A stretch of DNA of 63,140 nt, the filler included, from Squatina squatina (lineage: Eukaryota), in assembly GCA_031763465.1 (NCBI GenBank). It is 4 parts of 4 records of this genome, joined end to end, with 100 filler letters (N's around TTAATTAATTAA, not from the genome) between each part and the next. Parts side by side here need not be neighbours in the genome. Positions count along the whole stretch, not along the records: positions 1 to 22,273 come from JARFOE010000058.1; 3 more parts are not named here. One strand, written 5' to 3'. The notes below the pieces were generated by a model that was not told where the DNA came from, did not search any database, and was given only the letters and a program-made list of their open reading frames with translations. Both the position numbers and the translations under genes were made by a program. Below, piece after piece: positions 11,797 to 22,329 of this stretch; the first letter of the stretch is position 1, and every line of letters begins with the position of its first letter.

Positions 11797-12076
11797 AAAT
11801 GGTTTGCCTTAAACAAAAGTTCAGCAGAAAATGCTTACATATTTAATCTTTAAATCTCAGGTTTATAAAAAAATAAANNNNNNNNNNNNNNNNNNNNNNN
11901 NNNNNNNNNNNNNNNNNNNNNNNNNNNNNNNNNNNNNNNNNNNNNNNNNNNNNNNNNNNNNNNNNNNNNNNNNNNNNTGCATTTTTTGTACTAACAACAG
12001 AAGAAGCATAGAAATTGTATAACTGTGTACTGTGGTCTTTGCCACCAACTGTTCATATTTTTTCATGCATTTACAG

Positions 12077-12207
12077 GCAACGAATGCAAAAATCAACTAT
12101 GTATAATCTCTGTGTGGAAATGCAGCGACTGTCCCAGGAGTTTCAGTGGCTTCAGCTCTCTCAGGATGAGTTCCTTTGCATGAAAGTGTTGCTACTCTTT
12201 AGCATCA
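12077..12207 (+). CDS. AR: Androgen receptor exon 6
   Basis: catttacag| ... |gtaagt, 131 nt; [43 protein letters not shown]. Confidence 0.95.
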
Positions 12208-13709
12208 GTAAGTATGAGCAACTTCACTTTACAGCAAGATGTAAAAATGACAGCTGTGCCCTAACTGTAATTGTTGGTAAGACTAAAGGTGAAAATTTAC
12301 TCCCCAATATTAGCTTAATCTTGTTTCTTACTGTGAGTTATGTATTTATGTTCACAAGTTATTATCTTTCATTTTCATGCGTACCCAACAGAGCAGGTTG
12401 GAGACCTGTACCAAGACTCCAATTGGTATCACTTTACAACCAACCTTTAAGACATGTGAAAGAAGTCCAAACTTCCTTGTCAGAGGTTATCACAAAAATA
12501 GGGCAGGAACAACATTTTTTTATTTGGGGTGGAGATCAAAGGAGGAGGGAGAGATAGAAATACAAAGGACAAAAAAAATTCTGAAAGCAGTAAAACAAAG
12601 AGGTGCAAGTTTTGTCTTATAAGGGCCGAATAGAGAGTCTCGGGACCCGCCCCCTCCTCCTCCTCTGCCATTGGCCTAGGCAGGGATGGCCAAAGGATCC
12701 GTATCTTATAAGACCTGCGGAAATCCAACATAAGGCTGGGGCCCAGGTTTTCCAGGCCCAGGCCTAATTACCTTGTGGCACATGTTTACGAGATTTACGG
12801 TGGCAGTTTGCCAGGAGCACCACAAATTCTCAACCCCAAATTATATATATTATCCACAATTATAAGAATTTTTGTAGTTCCCCTTAATAGACTAGTTTCC
12901 TATTTAATTCATGTACTATCCTGTGCCTGTTTTTAATTTGGAAGGAAAACTATATTTTTATTTTTAATTAACAAAACCCCTCTGGCATTACTCAGAAGGT
13001 AGACCATTTTTAACAATAGGAGCATTATACCTTGTAATGTGGAATGTGTTATTCTGCTGCTACGGTGCAATTGAGTTCAACCTAGCCTTTCCCTTTTAAG
13101 TCCACAAAGTTTAACCATGGTATAGAACAGTATTCAGAGGTAAATTAGAGGTTAATTGTGGTTCTTGAGGAAAGTTTGCAGATTGGAAGCAGCTTGTAAA
13201 TTTTGGCCCCAGATCAGAAGAAATCATGAAATGAGTGCCTTTCTTTAATACTTTTGACACTTTGAAGCATTGTATCTGAATAAGTTGGACTCAAAACGTT
13301 TAAACAATATACTCCTTCTGAGGAGTATTTGTGTGTCTGTCAAGGTGAGGAGACATCACAGTAGTAAAATGAGATACTTCTCCACTTTTGGCATTAATCC
13401 TTCACTAGGTGTAACAACACAAATTACATGTGGAGTAAACTGTGTTCTTTGCTCCAGCACTGACCCCTCAACTCAACATNNNNNNNNNNNNNNNNNNNNN
13501 NNNNNNNNNNNNNNNNNNNNNNNNNNNNNNNNNNNNNNNNNNNNNNNNNNNNNNNNNNNNNNNNNNNNNNNNNNNNNNNTGTTATACTGCCTGTAACTCT
13601 GTACTACCTAGAGTTTATCTTGTTTTCAAATTCATCAGTTCAGTCAAATGCTACATCTGTTCTGATTAAGAAATGAAAAAAATTGTGCAAAATCTACCTT
13701 TATTTCCAG

Positions 13710-13763
13710 TGGTCGGTTGACCACCCAGTTACAGAGTTGGTCATGTTATACAACCAAACAGAG
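13710..13763 (+). other. Candidate 54-nt internal exon of an unidentified gene
   Basis: cctttatttccag| acceptor and gag|gtaagc donor; length divisible by 3; open frame WSVDHPVTELVMLYNQTE. Confidence 0.35.
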
Positions 13764-16700
13764 GTAAGCTGGTTGTAATCTTATTGACTAGTTGTTATGT
13801 TGGACCACACAAATTACTGGTTAATACCTTAGTTACATTTTGTGAAAATCAGCTGCATTTACCTCTTCATTGGTCCTTCAGAGTAGTTTCATTTTCTGAT
13901 TTCTACTTAAAGCTACCTACATTTTTTATTATTTTGAAACTACCTAGTGACCTGTTTTCATTTTACATCCTTACAACATATCAGATATTAGTTTTGCTTG
14001 GTTTTAGATATTGCCTCACATCATGTTTTATTACATTTATCAAAACATTTTTGTTTAAAAAAAAATGATGTAATTTGCCTTTTTNNNNNNNNNNNNNNNN
14101 NNNNNNNNNNNNNNNNNNNNNNNNNNNNNNNNNNNNNNNNNNNNNNNNNNNNNNNNNNNNNNNNNNNNNNNNNNNNNNNNNNNNCACATTCTAATCAACG
14201 AACCAACCAGGTAAAGGTTAGGTCAGTACCAAGATTTAAATCTCAACTATGTGAAACATGGAAATGAGTCAACTAAAGTCACTGAAAAACTAGGGAAAGA
14301 GGTTAAAATTTCCACCATATTTTCTGGAATACAAGAAACATAGTTCATAAAGATACTGAAGTGAAAAAAGAAGCCTTAACATTTACATGTGAACTAGAAG
14401 GTTCAAAGTTCAAATTCCAAATTCCATGTTGGTCACCAAGTACTGATCAGACTCGTGTTCACCCAGACCATTGAATGCATCACCAGACTGTAAAGAATGA
14501 AAGAAGGGGGAAAAGCAGAAGCCAATAGGAAGCAGACGTTGATCTGGAAATCAAGGAGCAGTCCTTAAGGCAGCTTGAAGGGCTCACGCTGCTCCTCAAT
14601 TCTCGTCTCCCCCACTTCAAAAAGGGACAACAAAAGGTATGAAGGGGTAACATGGAGTACAAAATCAGAAAAAGTATACATTTTTAGTTTTTAAGCATCA
14701 AAATCCTATTCTACGTAAAGTAGTCTTGACAGCAAGACTGAGTCAGTCATTGTAAACCTTGCCGAGTATCTGTTGCATTGACTTGTTTGGAACTACTGTT
14801 CATCCTAGTCACAAGTTGCATTAAACATGCCTAGAGCTTGTATTTATACCTTCTAATTATATACACCGTACAAGTTCTGGAAAACACCAGGTTTCCTCAT
14901 AATCCACTTCTGTAGACGTAGGAGATCGGATAACTATTTAAAATCACTGGAGAAAACTTGGAATGCTTTTAATACAGAAATATCACTGAGATAGGGAAAA
15001 GAAATATCTGGATAATTAGTAGGCCTTTATCATTTCCTTCACTGGATTTTAGTATATTTGTTTTCCTCTGCTGTGAAAAAAAACCAAATTATCATTCTAA
15101 ATTACTTCTCATACTCAGAATGAAAACCTGTTGTAGTACAAATACACAGCAATACAATTATAAAGTACATTACCAAAACAAAACAGGATGCGTCTTTTAA
15201 TGAAGTTTGTTTGCTAATTAGTGACTCACAAAATAAAAGATTGAAAGGCATAACAAAAACACAAACAGTAAAATACAAAAACACTTCCGAAAATGTCATA
15301 AATATGTGCATCTGTATGGTACCATCATATTTGTGTTACATTTGGCTTACTGAAAACCATTGAAACTCTTGTTGCTCTTCTACAAAAATGAAGTATGAAT
15401 ATAGGCCACATGATGAAAGCATCTTGCATCTGAAAAGGAAAGACATCTATGCCAGTAAATATTTTCAAAAATAGAATTGTAACAGTCCTTTTTTATTTTG
15501 AGATATGAGCATGTTATTAATCGTTTAGTGTCTACAAAAAAGAAAAAGAAAACGGTGTAAATTTCTAAACTTCAGTAGTGTAGAGTAAAAGTATAGAGAC
15601 AACGCAATTTCTCCATTTGCAGTATTTTCAGAACTAAATGTCTTGTGTAAAACTGTTACTGTAGACCTCAAAAAGTTAAAACCTTTTTTTCATCATCTGT
15701 GAACAACACCAATGTACTGCGTACCTTGTTTGGACTCCTTTCTGAATTAAAATTTCTTGTGTTCAGTGCAGCCAAATGACAGGCTAAAAGCTAGGTGTAC
15801 AATTCTATAAGCAAATTCTTTAACAAAAAATTGTATTTTTTTTGGGGGGGGGAGGGGAGGAAAGAGGAATGCACTTGTTAATATTGTTAAGCAAATTAAA
15901 AGGACGTGCTTCTTATTCTAAAATGACTTAGTTGTTGCTTTTCTTTGGGTATACAGGAATGAGGTTGGTCTGTCACCAGAGCAGGCTTAATTTTTGTTGT
16001 TGTGTTTGGGTTGCAATATATCTTAAATGTCTTGAGTTAGCTCCTTGAGTACTTGGTCACTGAATCCATGACTTTCCATAACCTGGGAGGGTGTAGGGGG
16101 TGGGAGCAAGTGAAACCCTAGCAACATTTTTTTTCAGTTTATTTCCCCAAAAATTAAACTTAATACCGTTTTAGTTCTCCCAGAAAAAAAATGCAAACTT
16201 TGAGGGCTATAGGATGGACCAGTGTTTATTGTCCAAATTTTATAAATAAATAGTTAATGTTTACTCATCTTATATTATCACATCTAAATTCTTTGACTCA
16301 TAACACTACAATCCTTCCAGCCTCAGCTATAATTTACAGCAATTTATGCTGTGCATCAGGAAGAATTAAATATAATGAATCATTGTATTAAATTTGAAGT
16401 ATCCATTTTTTCATTGGCCTTTTCAGGCTGTAAAAATGTTTGCAAAACTTGTTTAAAACTTTATTTGGAATGTCACAAGAAAAAAAACTTTAAAAATGCT
16501 CAAGATTGGAAGGTGCTAATATTTCAAAAATGGGGTGAAGATCAGTTAGTATGAATAAGTTGTATTTTGTAAACATATGAATCTTTGCTGCAATATAATG
16601 TTAATAGGGCTGTAATTATGATGCATACAATTGATGTCTTGTAATGGAAACACCACTGTGGCAAGCAAAATGTTTCTTTTATCCACTCATTCCTATTAAA

Positions 16701-17426
16701 CAGACAGTACACAAAGTATAGGAAATAAACAGTTGTCTGCCATGATGTTCCCCTTAAACAGCAACCCTTATTAGGAAGGTGGCTGTTGACATGCTTGTAA
16801 TCATACATATACTTGTATTCCAATTTTAAAATTTATTAATGTTTGTTTTTCTTTTGAAGATTTACTCCCAAGTGGTAAAAAAAAAAATCAATATTTCCCT
16901 CTGCCTTAGTTGTCACAAATTTGTAGATACATTTTCAAGTGCCTTTACAAATTTGTTAAAGTTAACATACAAAGGAAAATATGATATTTTAATGTGTTAG
17001 AATGCCATCAGGCACTCCTTAAGCAAGATTCTTTTTTTTTACCTGGAGTAATGTCACTAGGAGCCTGTCTTTCTGAGTTGATTTTGCAAGGCATGTTCAG
17101 ATTTTCTCCCTCATATTTTTCATTTTTATCCAATGCTTCACATTATCAATCACTGAATCTATAAAACCTACAGATTTAGAAATCGGGTCAGAATTCTAAT
17201 TATTTTATAATTATAGGTATGATGGTATCAGTATGCAAGTATTTCTGTTATGGTGGTTACTTTATAAAGGCTAAGTTGCACTGTATTGTGTAAACCGGGT
17301 ATGTTACTTTCCTACAACATGCATTGNNNNNNNNNNNNNNNNNNNNNNNNNNNNNNNNNNNNNNNNNNNNNNNNNNNNNNNNNNNNNNNNNNNNNNNNNN
17401 NNNNNNNNNNNNNNNNNNNNNNNNNN

Positions 17427-17579
17427 TGGGTCCTTTATCAGGATCTACGGCCGACACAGAGAGGAGCGTTGTGCCGGCTGTTGCTCCTTCCAGAATTCTT
17501 TCGGTGAAAATATTCACCCCGAATGGTCTGAACCGGGGAGGATTGTCATTCACGTCCAGGACATTCACCGTCAACTTTG
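17427..17579 (-). CDS. CDH23: Cadherin-23 exon (EC repeat), truncated by a gap
   Basis: cctatttcag| acceptor; AKLTVNVLDVNDNPPRFRPFGVNIFTERILEGATAGTTLLSVSAVDPDKGP has DxNDN and AxDxD calcium motifs and closely matches recalled CDH23 'AKLTVNVLDVNDNTPQFKPFGITYYMERILEGATPGTTLIAVAAVDPDKG'. Confidence 0.85.
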
Positions 17580-17799
17580 CTGAAATAGGCCAAAGGAATA
17601 TGTATAATGCAATGAATTATACAGGTTAAAGTGTATTGCAAGGCAGTAATACACGTTGCGTGTACAATAATAAAACTCCATGGTTTATAATGGCTTGATA
17701 TGTTACTGCCTTGTAGCGCATTCCAGCCTAGTTGTTTTCCTGTATGTACAGTGACTAGAATGTTTATGGATGCATTCGCATCTGCTTTTTGAAGTAGCA

Positions 17800-18030
17800 A
17801 AAACAGAAATGTTGGAAATACTCACCAGCAGGTAACAACTGTGGTAAGAACAGATCAGTTAATGTTTTGGGTCCAGATCCTTCTAAAAAAAAAACGTTAA
17901 AAAATTTGAAGATGGTTCTGCACTCTAAACGTTAACTGCTTTGTCCTCGCCATAGACGCTGCCTGGGCTGCTGAGTATTTACAGCATTTTGTGGTTTTGT
18001 TCATGTCCAGCATCCGCAGATTTTTGTTTT
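17800..18030. repeat. Short palindromic shark repeat (inverted arms; possibly Penelope-derived)
   Basis: Left arm aaaacagaaatgttggaaatactcaccagcagg pairs with right arm ctgctgagtatttacagcattttgtggtttt. Confidence 0.65.
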
Positions 18031-20581
18031 TGTTTTTAAATGGCCAATTTTGTACAGTATGGTCTGAAAAGGCCTGCAAAGAGGAATAATCATACATGTC
18101 CTCTCGTATATGTTTCATAGTCTTTGAATGAAAGCTTACCAGTGCAGTATAATATTTCACCCCTTTTTTTCCAGCCAAATCTGGCCAATCTCAAGTGGCT
18201 GTTTAGTGTGACTTTCCTACATTTTGAGGCTACAAACCCCTACCTGACCAATACCATGTATTGAATGAATGTATACATCACCCCATTTTCAGTTTTAAGG
18301 ACTGTCAATATATAGGGTCTGTCCCTTTAATGGTCTGAGGATAGAAATATTTTGTAAGAATAAGCACCTTATAAGTGACAATTTCTGTCAGCCTATTTTG
18401 ATTCTTTTTTGTCTCCAGTTCTTTCTGACCTGTTGCAATTCATCTCCATCAATCATAGACGTATGTTGTTGCTCTCCCATTCACTCTAATTGAATTTGAA
18501 ACTGTATCGGTGAGGAAAATGTTAATTTGGACAGTTGAAGGGAAAACCAGTCCTATTAAGCAACAAATAGGAGCTTTATGTAAATGAGCTGAACCGATTA
18601 AATATCAGTTGCATTCTGTAATGAAGGCACAGCAACGATAAGAAATGGACTCCTTTCTTAAAAAAGTGATGTAAATAGTTTGGAATCATCCAGTATTTTG
18701 AGTGGCTGGGGAAATTAAATTACCTGCCCTTTGTCTCACACGGAAACCTTTGGCAGAAGTATTTGGTTGATGGGAAAACAAGTCCCAGTTATTAAGTATG
18801 TAGAATCCTGTGTTGTGAGATAACATGAGCAAATAATCTAGTTTGTAAGTAATTACAAGCATATGTTACTGCCCCAATAGTTGCTTTCCACCACTGCACA
18901 GATTACCTGTGCCAACAAAAGGACAATGGTCTGAATAAGTTTGTCATGTTCTGTTATCCAGTAAAACAAGATTAAATTCTCTTTTTTATGTGCAAATGAT
19001 TTTTGACAGATAAACTGAGTGTTAGCAGTTTTGCTAGTCTGTAGGGGCCCCAATTGGACTGGCAGCACAGGCGCAGAATGGGCGGCAAACAGGCGTAAGT
19101 GGATGTACGCCTGCTGCTGGCGTGCCGGGTGTCCATTGCAGAATTGGAGTCGTNNNNNNNNNNNNNNNNNNNNNNNNNNNNNNNNNNNNNNNNNNNNNNN
19201 NNNNNNNNNNNNNNNNNNNNNNNNNNNNNNNNNNNNNNNNNNNNNNNNNNNNNTTAACGTTTGTGTTAGTGAAAGGGTTAGCAGACAAAAAGTAGACAAA
19301 CATTGGAAGCAGTACTGTTTTAATGAACACTTAAGCCAGTCTCAAAGACCACAATTCACAGCTGCACATTCCATTTCGGCCATGTGTTTGAATTAACTTA
19401 CGTGCCATTGACGAATCGTAAAAGATGAATGTCGGTCCAGAAGGTTAGAAACATCCAAATATACTGTTACAGAAGCTAGGCGCCAAAATCTACCCTGGGG
19501 TGTGAAATCCAATGTCAAAACACAGTGCGGAGTTCAATCTTACCTGTATATAGTTTGTTTTTTGCCCCTGCTTTTATGAGCAGCTGTAGCAATGTAATAG
19601 CATTTCTTTTACAATAGTCAAAAATTGTATTAATTGTTCTGACAATATCAAGCTCTCAGCATTTTAAGAAGGTAAGCTCAGCAAATATTTCTGGAGCTGA
19701 CCTTTAATATAATAATGCATTATAAATAGAATAAAGAGCTAAGTCTGCCAAGCTAACATGTATGCACACATACCCTAAATTTAAATAAAAGAATGAGCAA
19801 GCTCCCTTCAAACTAAAATTAGACAAAAATCGATGCTAATACTTTGCACTTTCTGCTCAAGTCTCTGGAGTGNNNNNNNNNNNNNNNNNNNNNNNNNNNN
19901 NNNNNNNNNNNNNNNNNNNNNNNNNNNNNNNNNNNNNNNNNNNNNNNNNNNNNNNNNNNNNNNNNNNNNNNNATTATATCATACCTGCTTACATTTATTT
20001 GCGCTGTTAATTCATCTAACTTATTGCAAATGCTTTGTGCAGTAAGATACAGTACCTTTAGATGTCTTTTTAATGTTTTTAACTTTTTTTTTGTACTGAG
20101 GCCCTATTTGCTTCTATCCCTTGCCTTCCACTTTTGCTTTCGACTTTGCTGTCAATACAATAGAGCAAACATCCTAGCAACTCCTGCTGGACTTTTTGAG
20201 AGAGCAGGGTTGAACGAAACCGAAGCCCACCCACAAATCGATAGCCGGCCAGAACTGTATAGGCTCACATATGAAAAACAGGCACTTGTGAGGTACCAGA
20301 GGGCTACTAGCGTTCATGAAACTGTACCACAAGAGTTATTGCATTCACAAGAGGGAAAGAGAAAGAATTTCCATGGCGTGACACGTGACAGACAGGCACT
20401 GATTTTAAGCAGGGTGTTGAATACGTGTGCTGGTTAGCAGCACCACCTTCTTCTTTCTCTCACTTCCACAATTACCAACAAATAAATCAAACCTTTGTGG
20501 TGCGTTCTACATAGAATTCCAGTCACACCACAACATGCAAGCAACGGCAGGCTTCATAGGCTGTCTGAGAGCAATACTGAC

Positions 20582-20729
20582 CTTCCACATCCTCAGAATA
20601 GGAAGAGTTGAGGTTAGGCCGAGGCCGAGTGGGGCGTTTAGAGATTGTGATTGGCTGGCGTTTCCTCGGCGCAGCTCTGGGAGGGGGTATTGGAGGAGCA
20701 GCATTCTCCTCTGGTGGAGACTGCAATAT
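20582..20729 (-). CDS. OPHN1: Oligophrenin-1 exon (proline-rich region after RhoGAP)
   Basis: caattttccag| ... |gtcagt, 148 nt; ILQSPPEENAAPPIPPPRAAPRKRQPITISKRPTRPR matches recalled OPHN1 '[28 protein letters not shown]'. Confidence 0.88.
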
Positions 20730-21921
20730 CTGGAAAATTGGAACAAAATGAAGAGACATTTCTAGGATCCCTTTTAAAAAGACAATTCTGATCAACTTAA
20801 CTATTTTTCCTTCCACTTATTTCTTCAATGGTTCTCATTTAAAAAGGTCCAAAAAGGGGAGCATTTCTGTGGGCTTTGCCCAGTCTCTGGCCATAACTTG
20901 GTCAGGGCATCCCCAGGGAAACGGCCCTTTCTGATGATTTTTTGCCAAAGTCACGGCAAGAGGTCAGGGGGCGCACTACGGAAATTCCAGGCGCAGGTGC
21001 TTACCTTCAGCAGGGAACTGGTAGAAGATGCCAAGTCTGATAGAGAGCGCGCTCTGGATTATCAGCAGCAGTACAATCATTTACACAGCATACTGACTGC
21101 GAGGAATTACTGAGCTCCAGTGAGAGGAGCTGGACTTGTACAAATCATGAACACAAGTTGCAGTTACACAGCAGATCAATCTAGCTCCCTCATGCTGTCA
21201 AGCTCAGTAAATTATCCAGGTCATCTGACTCGCTGGTAAAACAAATACATTCAAATAGAAATATAGTAAAGATCATANNNNNNNNNNNNNNNNNNNNNNN
21301 NNNNNNNNNNNNNNNNNNNNNNNNNNNNNNNNNNNNNNNNNNNNNNNNNNNNNNNNNNNNNNNNNNNNNNNNNNNNNTTTTGATCTGAGGTACAAGCAGC
21401 TTCCTGGACCAGGTACATTTACTGCAGCCTCTCCCTTCGTGCATCTCTATGACAAGATGGAAGTCCCAACTTAGATTCAGTTAAGGGATTTTAAAAAGGG
21501 CTCCAAGCGTTTTCATATGCTTTATCATTTTTACGCCAAAGGTTGCATACGGTGTTGTTACTTAATTGATGATTTACCTCACTCCTGAACTATATGGTCT
21601 GTTAGTGTGGTGTGCGGGTTTGGCACTCCATACTATTCCCAATATATACTTCAGCAGTGCAAGGGTAGATTGTTGACCTCGAGGCACACTATCCTCGTCA
21701 CTTCATACGCAAGGTGAAGCTTCAGTTTATTGCCTGTGCAATAAAATCTGTTGAAAAAGCCCGAATTGTAACAGCATTGGAAGGATTCAGAGAACACTTG
21801 GCTGCGCTATTGGCTGTGAAATAGTGTGTTCCGTAAAATGGTGCGTTCCCTGAAAGCTGAGGATGGAGACGCAAATCAATTTTTAAAAAAAACAAACAAG
21901 AGAATCCAACAGGATACTTAC

Positions 21922-22000
21922 TGGCTCTTTGCCATCCATCGCCTCAATCCATAACCTTCTGTTGGCTTCTGAGAGTGCCTGGAGCGTGACAGGGCCTTGC
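21922..22000 (-). CDS. OPHN1: Oligophrenin-1 exon (end of PH domain)
   Basis: cctttcacag| ... |gtaagt, 79 nt; [26 protein letters not shown]. Too short for the ORF track. Confidence 0.92.
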
Positions 22001-22069
22001 CTGTGAAAGGAAGATTTGTTTAGAATTTACTGCAGAACGAGAAAGAAAGAGGGAAAAAAAAAATGAAAG

Positions 22070-22273
22070 ACTTGCATTGTTAGAGGCTTTCACAACCTCA
22101 GGATGTCTCAAAGTGCTTTACATCCAATCAAGTAGTTTTTGGAGTGCAGTCACTGTTGTAATATAGGAAACTCAGCAGCCAATTTGCGGACAGCAAGCTC
22201 CCACAAACAGCAATGTGATAATGACCAGATAATCTGTGTTTGATCTAATGTTGGTTGAGGGACAAATATGGGC
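22070..22273 (-). mobile_element. SacSINE1/DeuSINE-type SINE, 3' half
   Basis: Reverse complement of the core and tail at 4615-5045 (cagccaatttgcggacagcaagctcccacaaacagcaatgtgataatgaccagataatc). Confidence 0.85.
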
Positions 22274-22317
22274 NNNNNNNNNNNNNNNNNNNNNNNNNNN
22301 NNNNNNNNNNNNNNNNN

Positions 22318-22329
22318 TTAATTAATTAA
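22318..22329. other. Artificial scaffold spacer TTAATTAATTAA within N44...N44
   Basis: 12-mer with stops in all six frames, centred in a 100-base gap; identical at 36447 and 48892. Confidence 0.95.

Noticed and set aside
10372-12557. PR, GR or MR instead of AR, and ORF-track boundaries as CDS limits
   Set aside because: [25 protein letters not shown] and OPHN1 linkage indicate AR; the ORFs read through splice sites, so exon limits were set from AG/GT.
19544-19583. Possible 40-nt minus-strand exon (ctacag|...tacag|gtaag) as a late OPHN1 exon
   Set aside because: Poor polypyrimidine tract and no frame resembling the OPHN1 C-terminus.
19844-20437. 197-aa plus-strand ORF
   Set aside because: Spans a gap, has intron-like composition, lies antisense within the OPHN1 region and shows no domain signal.
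22318-22329. TTAA piggyBac target sites or a homeobox motif
   Set aside because: The identical 12-mer is centred in Ns three times, so it is an assembly linker.
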